From: Vicugna vicugna
Taxonomy: Eukaryota
Direction: 5' to 3'
Length of the DNA stretch: 64,000 bases
Assembly (NCBI GenBank): GCA_013265495.1
Contig: MU060312.1
Coordinates: forward strand, 4,136,181-4,200,180
Part shown: positions 23,995-37,347 of the stretch, piece by piece
Layout of the letters: the number at the start of each line of letters is the position of its first letter
Position numbering within the stretch: position 1 is the stretch's first letter
Translations under genes and position numbers: made by a program
The notes under the pieces: model-generated
Database searches by the model: none
Told to the model about the DNA's origin: nothing
Seen by the model: the letters and a program-made list of their open reading frames with translations, nothing else

Positions 23995-24870
23995 AGTCAT
24001 TCACCAGGCTTTTGGGTACCTGTTGGTGCTCAGTGCTGGGAACCCCAAAGGAAGTATTAGTTTAGTTCAGGAGATACACAAGCAAATAGTTCAAGAATTT
24101 ATAATGCTGCATTTTAGGAGCACATCTGAAGTCGGCGTGAGGTTGTTGTTTGGGGGTGTGGTGGAGCTAATTTCTAGCAGGATCTTGAGGACAGCCAGAT
24201 GCTTTGCAGACATGGAAAGAAGGGCATTCACCTGGACCGAGAGGGCTGCACGTGCAGACAGGTGACCCTCTGGGAGCCTGTGAGCAGTCAAGTGGGTGAA
24301 GCTGAGGACTTGCACTGGGCCCCGGGGAAGGCCAGGGTGAAGCTGAGGTGGCAGCTGGAGGTTGTTTGACAAGCTTTTCTGTGCCAAGCCGAGGACTGTG
24401 GGCCTCCTTCTGCAGGCACGCGGAGGAGGCCTTTTCCAAGCAATAGCACGCCGTGGCTGTTTGTATTTTAGCAAGTCTGCTCTGGTGGTGTGGCAGGCAC
24501 GAGGCTGCAGTGGAAAGGGGCTGGCAGTTGGAGGAAGAGGAAGGGGATGGACTTGGCCATGATTTTAGGTTTGGTCATGTGCAGATGTACACGGATAGTG
24601 AAAGGGATGAGGTGTGTGGGAAGGCTCTGAGGAGCCCCACGTGGATGGTGACGCCCTTGATGAGGTGGTAACCTGAGGGAGGAGGAGCAGGTAGGAGAGT
24701 CATTTCTTCACATTATGAGTGCAGGAGACTTGTTTGTAATGCAGATAAAGTATATTGGACTTGAAGCAGAGAGATTTGGGAATCACCACCATCCAGGCGT
24801 CAATGTGGAGTCCTTGGGTGAAAGAGAGGAACCAGCTGAGGAGCCTTGAGTGAACGTCATCTGAGGCGGT
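23995..24870 (-). mobile_element. L2 LINE fragment (about 0.9 kb)
   Basis: cagtcattcaccaggcttttgggtacctg start; gatggacttggccatgattttaggtttggtcatgtgcagatg and ggacttgaagcagagagatttgggaatcaccaccatc are typical antisense L2. Confidence 0.7.
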
Positions 24871-26154
24871 AGGATGGGTCTCTCTATCTTGCTTTCCATC
24901 AGCCTGTGGGCTTGAAACAACTATTTGATGATAATGAGTGGTAGGGAGAGTGGCCCTGTATTCAAATTTGTAGGGGGTTTTGAATGTTAATATTTCTTCT
25001 GTTCATAATATTGTAATTGAATGTTTTGGAAGTATCCCATATATAAAATACTTAAGTTATAATTTTTGAAAGAGGAATTTAGGAGAATAAGAGGAAGTGT
25101 AGGATAATACCTTAAAAAGTTAACTTAGATTAAATCCTTATTATGATGGTGCTTGAAGCTTCCTGCTGTCTGTGAAGTACAGTGGGGATTTGTCTACCAC
25201 GTTGAGCTACTAGCCCTGTGCTCAGACTCTAGCTGTGCGAGTTGCTTAAGGTTTTGTTTCTTCATGGTAGAAGACAAGGTGATGGGTAATAGGGACTTTC
25301 TCATGGGGTTGTCGTATAGACAGGCTGCTCGGTGCCTGTCACAGAGCCCCGCCTGCAGTGTCAGCTGGCCTGGCAGCAGTGTTTCCATTAGGGCGTTCCT
25401 GAGGACGCAGGTGGGTTGACGGCACCATTCTCAAAATAGGTTCTTTATAGATTTTTATTGTTTTCTTTTTGGAGAGGATATTTTAAATTTATAAATGTAC
25501 AAACTAAAAATAGGTCAGTAGCACGCAAAGTTTCTCAAGCAGAGTGACGGTTTCACTTGCGCGGGGCAGCCCTGCGTGGCCAGTGGGCGTCGTCTCTGTG
25601 GAGCTGAGCCCGTCTCCCCCCACTGCCGCGTCGTACATGCAGGGACCCTTTCTGTGTCCCGTCGGTGGTTGGGGTTGATGGTAGGAGTTCACAAAGCAGG
25701 AAGAGAAAAGGAGCAAGAAATTATTCTGAGCTAGACGTTGCAGGGTGTTTTGAGGCTACTGAGATCCCCGTCACCTCACTCTGGATCACTGTGGTAGTAG
25801 TAAGTGCCATCACCATTCTCTTTCGGGTACATCTGTACTTCATTTGATTGTTGAGAAAACATCTCTTAAATATCACGGTAATAATCACATGTTCTAGATC
25901 TAGAAGCCATAGTGGCTCCCTGTTGCTTTTTGTTTCAGATCTGAAGCTCCCTGCAGGTCTTTAAAGACAACCAGGTTTTGCTAACTTCTGGACTTATCCT
26001 TCCCAGCCTCTTGGTACCACAGCCATTTGTTTGTCTAAGCTGTTGTCTTTTGTTACTGTCTACCCACCCTCCCACCTCTTCCCAGTCTCAGTTTGCTGCC
26101 TTTTATACTGTGGTTAGGCATATTGTGATGCTAAGATAAACATCTTTAGTAGAG

Positions 26155-26690
26155 TGATGGACTGTTAGTGTAAATTGACACTTTCTTTGTTGAGAGCACT
26201 TTGCCAGCCTCCATCAAAATTTTAAATGTACCAGCCCTTTGGCAGAAATTCCACTTGTGGAGATTTATGCTACAGAAATATTTCACTTGAAGATGTTTGC
26301 ACAAGGATGTTCTGAGAACAACCTAGATGTCCATCAATAGGGGACTGGTTAAATAAGCCACAGGACTGACAAACAATACAATACTATGTAGCATAATAAA
26401 AAGAATAAAGTAGATATTTAGATGCAGATAAATAAGGCAATCCACAATGTATTGCTAAGGGACCAAAGAATAGACTGTGTACAAAAATATATCCTCATTG
26501 CTTTTGAAGGAAGAGGGGTTTAAATTTATTTTTGTACTTGGTTATGCACTGAAAGATTGTGGAAAGATAAATAACAACCCGTTAGCAGGAACCTTTGTGG
26601 AGGGAATCATGGGAAGGAGGAGGCAATCTTTCTTTTCATTGTTTATCTCTTGGTATCTTTCAAATGCATACCACGGGAATATTTTTCCCT
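26155..26690 (+). mobile_element. L1ME-type 3' region
   Basis: gagagcactttgcc...catcaaaattttaaatg...aattccacttgtggagatttat...aacaacctagatgtccatcaataggggactggttaaataa. Confidence 0.7.
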
Positions 26691-29600
26691 TTTCATTTTT
26701 GAAAGATTTCCTGGACATTTTATTCTACATTTTCTTCAGAGTCTCATGTTGCCATTAGTACTTAATTCTTTCATTATAAAAGAAAAGAAGCACTCTTGCT
26801 CCTAACCTTTCCAGTGTACCCAGGTGACAGTTATCACACTGTAAGATGTTAAGTACCCAGCAAAGGGAGTGGTCCATGCAAGGTTTTCAGTATAAATGTC
26901 TAGACATTTGTTAAAAGTAAAACATCTAAGTGAAAACTTCTGAAATAAATGTGTAAGTGCCCCTATCTTTAGCTCTTTTCACACTTCTGTTGTTTCTTGA
27001 GTCAGTCTCCCTTTACCTTTGACCCACAGCATAAAGAAGGTTAAAACCAGAATCCATCAATGGTGAAAAGTTGTGGGTGAATTGAAGAAAAATAATACTA
27101 ATAAAGGACTCTGAGAGGGTCAACCACATTCCCCTTGTGTGGTTCTTCTGTGTTGCAGTATTATCACAGTGTAATATTCTCTTCAGCAGTCACAGCTGTG
27201 TGTACATATGGCAGAAGAACGCAATGACTAGTGTGTGAACTGGTGTACAAGCTAGTGTGTGCTGGTTTAAACTTAGTAATAACAGAGATGGCAATGATGT
27301 GTTAAAAATGAAAGCTGTACTTACTGGTTTGTTTATGCTTTGTTGTTTGTTTACAACATGTGATGCTCAACGTAGTTCTTATTTTCTGATCCTGACACTG
27401 CCCTCGAATTGTCTATTAAATTATTTATTCCTACTTACTCTTCCTGAGATGAAAATAAGTACCTACCAGAGAGTGAATATAGCTCTGAAGGGGAAAAAGC
27501 ACAGGTCTGTTATGAGATAGAACTTTTATCTCTTTATTAAAGCTGCCAAGTGTAGACTTTATAGCCCCTGTGTAAGTTGTATTCAGGTGATGATTGTTTT
27601 AGGTTAAAACCTGGTTACCTTTTCTGGATGTTCTCTCAGTTAAATGAACCCTTCTGCTCAACCTAAATTGAGGCAGAGCAAGTTCCATTTTCAGTGATCC
27701 TCACTAAATTTTGTTGGTTTTATTTCCAACTGTATTTAATAATTGAAAGCCTCGTGTGGTTAGGAAAGCCTTAAAAAATGAAATGTAAAGTCATAGTAAA
27801 ATTTTCTGATGGCTTTCTTAGTCTGTTAGTTCAGTGCTGCTTATTTTAGCGGGGACAGCATCTGAATTAAAATGTGTGTTTACTGTAGTTGTAATGTTCT
27901 TTTTCAACTCTTTTAAAAATCAGTCCATTTAACTACAAAGAGAAAACAAAAGGAAATTTAAAAGGCTAATAAGCAGAGGGCATGTGAGCCTGCCTGTTCC
28001 TGTTTCTTAACAGAAGTTTACTAAAACAAGTATCTGAGCACTGCCCGTAAACCTTGTGTGCACAGACGCGTGTTTGAGGCGCAGGCAGGGATCTGCTCAT
28101 TTGTTTGCCCGTTGTGAGGCTGTCCTGCACCTTTGTGGGGGTTTTTGTAACAGAGTGAAGGCCCCTGAATGGAGGCCTTGTGCCATGCTTGATTTGAAAT
28201 CCTCTCTGTTAATCTAAAGGAACCTGCAGGACACGCAGCTGGAAGTCCATGTGACAAGTGAAAGTCTGGGATCCAGAGCAAGTGGTGTGTGTGGAGGGTA
28301 GGGTGTGAGAATGGTAATCATCTTTGGCTTTTGTCCCCTGCAGCCTAATTGTTACCCTCTGCCAGCAGCCAGACTGAAGAGTTACCCTTTTAAGTATCCT
28401 TGGATTGCCTGTGCTCAGAGACCTCACCTAACTGTTATCAGATAAAAACCTGGACACCTTGTTGTGATTCTCTTACAGGAGTGCAGTACTGACTGGGCAT
28501 TCTACATCACTGGTAGCGGTTAGGTATCTTGATTGATTGTGTGCGTGTAGATGTGTGTAGGTTTATGTGAAGAGAACGAGTTGCTGGGGAAGTGCTGGAT
28601 TGTTGGCATGTTCTTCAGAACCTGTGTGAAGGCAGGTTGCACCAGCACTTGGCTAGTTAAGTCTAGTTGGTACAGCTTGTGTGCTTTTAGTACCAGCTAT
28701 TGGTGCAAAGTTTCTTGGCTTCAGAAGCTGTGTAATTTTAAGTGTATACCGTGTGAGAAAGGGTAGGCCAGCAGGAGCTTTTTATAGGGTTTCAACTGAT
28801 TAACATTAATTTTTAAAGTAATATTTTGAGGATTTAACAGAAGTAGAATTTATATATAATGTTTCTTTAATTCTAACACATATTTAAGCTGACAGAGGAA
28901 GGGAGAGAATTTTATTTTTAAGTGATATTTTCCATTCTTTTTTCCTCTCTAATCAGAAACTGGTTCTTCAACTCTCAGTGCCAATTAAGACATGCTATAA
29001 TGAGCATTTAACATTCCGTCCTGCCGTCTGATTTCAGGTACAAATGGTGGTTGAATGTTTAGTAACTGAGTGTACATGAGACAGCCAGAGATCTGGTCTC
29101 CAGTAAGCTTGGTGTGGTGTAGTATTTGGTTTATATAACATGATTTCATCCTCATACCAAAACCATGCAGAATACCTCCAGGAAAAAGGTTCAGTTGGGT
29201 GCCAGAAAGGCTATGTTAACAGTAAGCTTCTTGCACCTCAGCAGGTTTTTGGGGTGTGTTTTGTTCCCCACTACTATTTTATTCTTTATTGTGGTTCTCT
29301 GGAAAGTATGCCACGGGAACATGTGGAATTCTGTACATGAGTGTTTATTGGTTTTGTAGACGCTTCAGAATACTGTGAGCTTAATAACTATGTTGTTTTT
29401 GTGGGTTACCGACAGGGCATATTAAAAGTCAGTTGATAGTAAATTTTTCATTGATTGCTTTAACATTTTCAAGGTAATATTAAAGACAGTTCAGCCAAAG
29501 TCAGAATTGAATAATACCATGAGCTTTTGGTTTCCTCTTGTTTGAGTTTGAGTATAACTGGCTTTCTTCCCCATCTTTTACTGACTGTCACCTTCCTGCA

Positions 29601-29873
29601 AAACTCAAATACGGACTTTAGTTTGTATGGTTGCATAATAAATTTAGTTGTTAATTATATGTATTTTTGCTTTTGAAGATTCAGTACTTTTTATATTTTG
29701 TTTTTGCTTTTGATAAAATGTTACAGAAATGATAGCTGTAAAATACTTATATGTCTGATTAAATGTAACATGAGTTGATAGTTCGTGATAAGCCTTTGGT
29801 ACATTTTCTTTACCGGAGAAGTGCATAACCCGCTGAGAAATTTCTGAAGTGCTTTGCATTTGTGTTTGTCTAG

Positions 29874-29984
29874 GACATGTCTCAGGAAGGCTATGGAACG
29901 AGGTCTCAACCTCCTCTGGCTCCCGGAAAACCTAACCATGAAGACTTGAACTTAATACAACAAGAAAGACCATCAAGTTTACCA
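29874..29984 (+). CDS. ARID1B: ARID1B internal coding exon, 111 nt / 37 aa ([37 protein letters not shown]), phase 0-0
   Basis: Acceptor tgtgtttgtctag|GACATG at 29873/29874 and donor CCA|gtaaga at 29984/29985. Translation continues directly from the 6521-6670 exon (...RYQPQQ|DMSQEG...), as in known ARID1B. Translated by hand; not in the ORF track. Confidence 0.96.
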
Positions 29985-31210
29985 GTAAGACTATTAATGT
30001 GCTGATTTAGAAATGTAATTAGTTACAGATTTCTAAAAAGAGCGTTTGTTTTTTGTTTGTTCTACTTTATGTTAAGACATGGGGGAGAAGTTTCTGGATT
30101 TCAGATATATTTGTGGTTTATTAATTTTTTTAGAGTTTCCATCTTGAAGGAATGTGTAGTCTTGAATAAGTTTGTTTTATTTGTAGGTATCTCTGAGTCT
30201 GGTGATTGTATGTATCTCTGAGTCCAGTTGGAAGCTTTTATTTGGCTGATAGGTTTTGTGGCAGAAAGACGTTTCTGATGTACAGTTGTGCTTTGCATAG
30301 CCTGTTGCTTTCTGGTGGTGATTCAGAACAGAGATAACTATATAAGAGTTAAATGTAAAGGAATTCCCATTTGTCAAAGGATATAAATGATAAGATAAAG
30401 CATCCGGTGGTAGTTTGAATATCTTCTGGGATTTTATGTAATGAGAAATCACCCAATCTTTTTTCACCCAGAAGAAAGTATTTTAGTTTAAAACTGGAAA
30501 AAGCAACTGCTAAGTATTTCCTCAAGCAAGTCAGTGTGTTGGGTCTATATTCACTGGAGTAGTAGCTGTGTTACAGTATTATAGGGCACATGTTAATGCT
30601 CTTAAATAATTCATCTGTGCTTAATTTTCTTTCTTTTTTATCATGGGCAACCTCATTTAAATGAGGTTTTCCTTATGAATTAAAAGAGTACTTCTGTGCA
30701 AACAAATTTTTATATTTATTTTCTTGTTAAAATATTTTGATTTGAAGAATTATCATTACTGCTTAATCTCTATTAAGAAGTTTTATTTAAGATGGAAGTT
30801 CAGGCTAACCATAATTTTAATTTGAATTTGAAATATGTTCACATTAAGTAAGATTTATGATATTACTTTTAAACATTTGAGAACCGGCATTTGTAAAGAA
30901 TGTTATACATTTGGTGTGCATACAATACCCATTTTTAAGTTAAATGTAGCCTTAGAGGAGAAGGTAAGTGATGGCTACAGAGTGTCTAGTATCTTTGAAT
31001 CTGATGCACATGTGTTTGAAACCCTAATTTTTAATAGCTTTTATTTCTGTCTTCGGAGGTGGGTGAAATTTATTGTGGTCATTTTTTGGTCATATTGGAA
31101 TATTTATTCTCTAGTTATTTGGTTTTTGAAGGAGTGGAAAAGGTGATGGATTCTATATTATGCTGCAAGCTTTTTTCTTTAGCAGATAGACAATTCACAG
31201 CTTGGTGAAC

Positions 31211-31212
<2 letters not shown>

Positions 31213-31240
<28 letters not shown>
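31213..31240 (+). repeat. (TG)14 microsatellite
   Basis: Seen directly in the sequence. Confidence 0.95.
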
Positions 31241-31244
<4 letters not shown>

Positions 31245-34200
31245 CAAATGTTTGTGAATGCTGTTGATAAATGCAACATTTGCTGAATATTTGGAAATTG
31301 GCTTGTGGTTTTAAGGATTTAAATTGACTCAAGAGAAGCAAGTGGACAGTGAATTCCACTTCTTTTCCAAGATTTTCAGTGTTTCTAGAGGAGCTAGAAA
31401 CTTTGTCATTATCTGGTGATGTGAACAGTTGAACAGGTTGGAGAATTTGTTATAAATTGATACCAATTTTCTATGTAGCTCTGATAGTTGGCACTGTACT
31501 ACTTTCTTCATATCCGTTTGAACTTGGTGTCACTCAGTGAGCTGTGCTGCTTTTCATGGCTCTGCTCTGGGATGAATGGTTGACGTTAAACTAACGCTAG
31601 AAGGGAGTTGAAGTGTGGTCGTACTGCTTTGGGATGGTGTTTTTCAAGTTGAAAGGGGGCTCTTATATTCATTAATAGTTTGTCTTTCCAGTTTGTTCTA
31701 TTTGTATACATTTAATGGCTTACTTTCTTCCTGAATGTTTGTCTTGCCTCCTTCCCAAGAGGATTTAAGGTTGCTCATAATATAAATTTTCTGAGGAAGC
31801 TGTTAAAAAAAGAAATGCCCTAGTTGGTATTTTCTTTCTTTTTTGGTAACTCACAGATAAATAGGATGCTGATTGACTAAGTAACATTTCAATAGTCTTT
31901 TTTCAGAGAGGAAAGTTTCTAGGATTTTATGGTATTCATCAGTTACTGAATAAATCACAAATCATAGGTCTGTTGGTGTTCCTACCTATACACCCCAGTC
32001 CCAATCTGTTAAGATGAAAATTGACTTTATTTAAATGAATTTTAGTGCTCCACTTTTCTTTCACCAGGCTTTGTTTGTATAGAAAATTTTTCTGTATGGG
32101 GTTTATAAATATACTTTTATTTATGTAGGCACTGCATCAGTATTTTGTATACAACTAAGGTAATTATACAGTTTTGGGAGAGATTTGTTGGTATTCTGTA
32201 TGGCTCTAATATCATATATTTTAACTGTTATTAAATATTTGATTTATTTTATCTTACTTGAGATTGGAACAGCACAAGCTTTATTCAATGGCCAAAGAAT
32301 GGAGAAGTGGAAACCTAGTTTGCAAATCAAGTTCTCCTCTGATTAAGTATTTTATTCTCTAACTTGTCTAAACTGATACTATAAGTACTGTGAAACTGTT
32401 ACTTGTTATCACATCTGAGTTTATTATTGGGTCTTTTGTAGATTTATGCTGTGTTTTTCCTTTTCAGGTGTCAGTGATATAAATTTTGTCTTTTTACTCA
32501 GGGTTAAAGGCAATCCATCATATTTGTAATCTCTAGTTTTGTAATTTTGAACTTAGGAAATTCTAAGTATTATCTATACATTTTTAAAAAATGTAGTAAA
32601 ACTGATTCTTATAATCAAGTCTTTATCCATTATATATGTGACTATAAAAAGGAAGCTTCTTAAGTAGTTGTTTAATTTTTTGCTTGAATTGAGCTAGATT
32701 GATAGGTTTTATATTTTTCTGCACGTGTGATATTTTCTTTAGCATATTTTTGTTACACAGTTAACTTTACAAGAAATTAAGTATTTCCTTATGCTAGATC
32801 TAGAATTTAATCTCTCAGTTAAGTTGTCCTCTTACCATTGTTTAAATTGGTATTTGTCTGTATTTGCATGTCATTAAATTCTTGGTGATCTTCAGTAACT
32901 AATGCAGTTATGTTTTCCAGCTGACTGAGCTCTTCAGCTCATGCACATAAAGCAAATGACTAATAAATTAATATTTGCCTTCTTGTTGTCTTGGGGCCAT
33001 GACCATTTTACTTAGTGCACACAGACCTAAGCTCAGAACAGATCTTCCTTTATAATGCCCGCTGACTTCTCTACCTCTTAATCACATAGCCTTCTCCCTC
33101 TTGAGGGACATAGCTTACATACCCTTGGTATTACCATTGCTAACAAATCTTAGCATATAGCAAGTGATGTAAAAATTAGCTTGAGGAACTCTGTCTCTTT
33201 GGAATATTATCACTTAAAATTCAAGCACATATTATAGTTTTTTTCTGTCTCTAATATTGATGTGAAATGAAGCCATCATTAAGCAAAATACACAGTGGAA
33301 AGTGTAAAAAACTGCTATAGCTTATCAGTTCCTTTATTTTATAAACATTGAGTATATCTCAATTTACATTCTAAGATAACCACCAAAATATGATTTAATA
33401 TACTTTTTATTGAGTCTTTTGTTACTTTTTCATTTCTTATGGCATTTACTAGTCATCCTTTTATTGCAGTTACTTTTATAGTTGTCTTGTGCCCCCCTCT
33501 CCCCATTAGACCAGGATATGTTCAGAGAATCTATTCTGTTTGTTCAGTAAGTATTTTCCTAATAGAATTTATGTAAGAACTTTTAAATATATTCTTCCCC
33601 AGTTTCGGAATTTTCTTTTAATTGCTCACAGGATCTTTTCCAAAGTATTAAATTGACATCAGGAGAACTTGCGTTCTCCATATGCTATTGATACTAAAGG
33701 ATTATATGAGTGTGATGTCTGTATTAGGAGGGTTGTTTTAGTCTTAAAACCATTTTCTTTTATTATAAAATGGAATTTGAATTTTACCTTGGTAACCGTA
33801 AGCTTCAAGAGAAGAAGTGGGTACTTCTTTATAGTTAAGCTAAAAGTAGTGTGAAAACATTATTTTTTTAGTAATGTATATTTTAAATTGTTACAATAAA
33901 TTGACAGTGATCATAATTTCAGTAAGTACAATACAGATAGATACGTTGTTAATAAAATATGAACATGTATAGAAAGTAGACAAAAAAAGTTTGATTTTTT
34001 TTTTTTTAATCTTCCTTGTTCTAAGCAAATAGTGCTTTCTCCTCCAGGGATCTGAAGAATTGCTGATATTTCTCAATTTAGAAATAACTAATTTGTTTCA
34101 TTCTTCAGAGAGACCTGCCACCGGTTTATGGTTCAGATAGCAGGTCCGTTATTCTGTGTACCTAAGATACAGAATATGATCAGTCATATTCTAATGTCCT

Positions 34201-37183
34201 TTGAGAAAGCCCATCAGGTCATTAAAAACCTCTTCCTTAAATAGGAAGTATTTAAAGAAGTAGACATGAAAAGGGTTTGATCTTTCCAAGTTTAATTTGA
34301 AAAACCCTAAATGTCACATGGAATAGTGCTTATGGCACTTTTGTTCAGTTTGCAATTTGGAAGGAAGTACTGAGATTTAGATAAAACATATAGTTTATTT
34401 TTATTAATTATGTTTTTATTTTTAAATTGTTTTGCCCTTGGTGAAAGGAAGGAGGTAGTAAATGCTGGTTGTTCTTTGAAAGAGAGAGTGTTAAACAGGA
34501 TATTGGAAGCCTCAAAGAGAATGGTTTGAAAACTTATTATAGTATCACCAAGAATATTCTTTGGGTGTTAGGTTTTCAACAGAGCATACAATGATCTGCC
34601 TTTACTGAAAAAGAATACTTTTTGTGTCTGTTTATATTTTAGTCTTTAATGACACTTCTATTGGGTGGTGGTAGATGGTCATGTACTTGGGGGCATGTAT
34701 GAAAATTGATGACATGTTAATAGGGACATTTTAAGTGTGTGGATTTGATAACATGATTCCTGTGAATGATTGGAAACTGTTGGAAAAGGCTAGGTGAAGT
34801 GTTTTTAAACTGGATTTTCATTTTAACAAGTCCTCAACCCGTCTAGAAATACAGATTGGTAATAGGATCTTAACTGGGTAGTTGGCAGGTTTTTGCAAAA
34901 GTTAAAATTTACCAGGTAAGAAATAGATATATGGCTGCTGAACAAACTCTTTCCAAACTTTTTATTTGTATGTTGAGCTTGATTTAAATGGTTGTCATTG
35001 AAAGGTTAAGAGTGTATTTGTCTTCTGTTGATTGATTGCCCTCAGATCATCCCGAACATTTAAAAAATTCTAAGTTAATAAAAGAGAAACTTAATCTATT
35101 GTCACCTTATCTCAGTGTTCAAGCATTGATCATTCCCGTGTGCAACTGAAGACATCAGCTGTTTGTTATCAGAGCTGCCTAAATGTTATTAGACTATGAT
35201 GAGTCTTGAAGTTATGAAGTCATAAAAAGTGGGCCCCTGTGAAGGGAGCAGGAGGTTCTCTGGGATGTGCCTTGTCGGGGAGAGAGACTCCCTGTACGTC
35301 TCCTTGTACATTTGGCATAGTTTTGAAACTGAAGGTACAGACACATACTGAAATTTTGGAGACGTGTTAAATGGAACATGCAACATTCATTATTGTTTCT
35401 TACCTAGGATTTACCATATTCTCAAATGTAATTTCACTCACTGGTCTGTTCTGTGTGGAAATGTCAGTACTTTTTGGATTAAGACTAAGAGAAGCATGTA
35501 AAGACCTTACTTGAAAGTCCTAATTTAGGAAAAGTGATTCTTACAAATGTTTATTTTCCAACATAGATTATTTCTTTAAGATGTGATACTCTATAATTTT
35601 ATACCTCCAGAGTATTTTTGTGATATTGGTAGTCATTCTGAGAATAGACGAAATAACTGAACTTGGGCGAGTTGGAAAGATATGTTTCTCCCTCTTTCAA
35701 AACAATCTTCCACTTAAATATTTGTTCTGTAAATGAATATTCAATAAAACCTCACCAGTTTGGATTTCTTCCAGGTTAAAGCAGGCTAAATATATGGAAA
35801 GTTTGAATAAATTAATATTTAAAAAGAACTTTAGTTTGCTTTTAAATAACTTGAATGTTTGTGTGCAAAGTGTTTCTAAATTGAGATCTTTCAATCCTTT
35901 TGAAATAAGTGGATAATTCTAAATTCATTATAGCTAAGATATTTGCTTAGTGGCAATGTGTTATTTTTAAACATTTATTTAATTTTTAAAAACGCATTTT
36001 AGCTAAGCACACCCCTGCAAGCTTTTTTCACAAAATATTCTGGAGCTTTCCATTTAAAATATAGGGGAAATGAATTTTAACCCATTTTATAGGACTGTCA
36101 ATTCCAAAAAAAAATTAATGAAGGAGTACTATAAAAAATAGACACTAGACAAAATTGCAGATGAAGAGAGGCTGAAACATAACTGATTTGCAGGATATTG
36201 GTTTTGATAATAGAAGGATAACTATGATCTATAGTTGATAAATGAGGCTCATTAAGTAAGGGATGATAAATGCAGATATTCCTGGCTAATGGAAAAGTCA
36301 GCGTACAAATTTTGCTGTAACAAATGGGGGCCTGGAAGGTTTTGACCAGCATTCAGCTCTTCAGATGACCCATGTGAGGCCAAGGGGCTTTCTTTGTGGC
36401 CCCACAGCCTGGGGTGCATGCAACTGTCAGGCCTGTCTGCAAATATCTGCAGAACCTTATCTGGACATAAGCCTCTCTTACCAGAGGGACGTCTCCAAGA
36501 GCCAGGGGGAGAGCAGCAGTGCTGGGCTTTCTTCATGAGCCACAAAAAGCAGTGTGTGTGAGGGATTCTCACATGTGAGCACGCGGGCACGGATGGAAGT
36601 GTTTGTCAGCAGCGTAGCTCCCTCGAGTTTTAATTTTAATTTTTTATGATAGAATGGTAAAGCAGCGGCTGTTCAGAGGTACCTTTTCTTAGTCTGACCT
36701 GCTGTTTCTGTTTCTATGAATGGCAGTTCTTGGCGTATTGAGCCAGAAAGCCCCCTTCCTCCTTCGTAATGCTCCTCCTATTCTCTGGTGTGTCCAGGGG
36801 TCGCGGGCTTCCTCCAGATTATTCAGGCATGGCCATTGTAAGGCGCTCAGTGCCTTTTACTTTATAGTATCCAAGTTAGGGAAATAAATTTTAATTACAG
36901 ATTTCCACTTTGTGGGTAACTGAAGGCACACATCTGTTTTATATAACAAAAGATATATAACCAGCAGGAACTCATAGTAGCATTTGTGGACTGGTTAATT
37001 GCTTTTATTTTTCTTCTGAACTGAAAGTACCTATTTTTAATATTAACTCTAAGTATAGGATAGGAAATAAATATATGTAGAGAAGGTTCTTACCTGAGAG
37101 CCAGATTTTCTATTCTTCCTTCACAATGTAAGATGTTAGAGGTGTCTCTCTCTCATCTTTTTTCTTTGCCTTTGCCAAATTGT

Positions 37184-37347
37184 NNNNNNNNNNNNNNNNN
37201 NNNNNNNNNNNNNNNNNNNNNNNNNNNNNNNNNNNNNNNNNNNNNNNNNNNNNNNNNNNNNNNNNNNNNNNNNNNNNNNNNNNNNNNNNNNNNNNNNNNN
37301 NNNNNNNNNNNNNNNNNNNNNNNNNNNNNNNNNNNNNNNNNNNNNNN
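37184..37347. other. Assembly gap (164 N)
   Basis: Run of N. Confidence 1.

Noticed and set aside
30961-30969. Perfect donor AAG|GTAAGT (also CAG|GTAAGA near 34912)
   Set aside because: No convincing upstream acceptor; likely decoy U1 sites.
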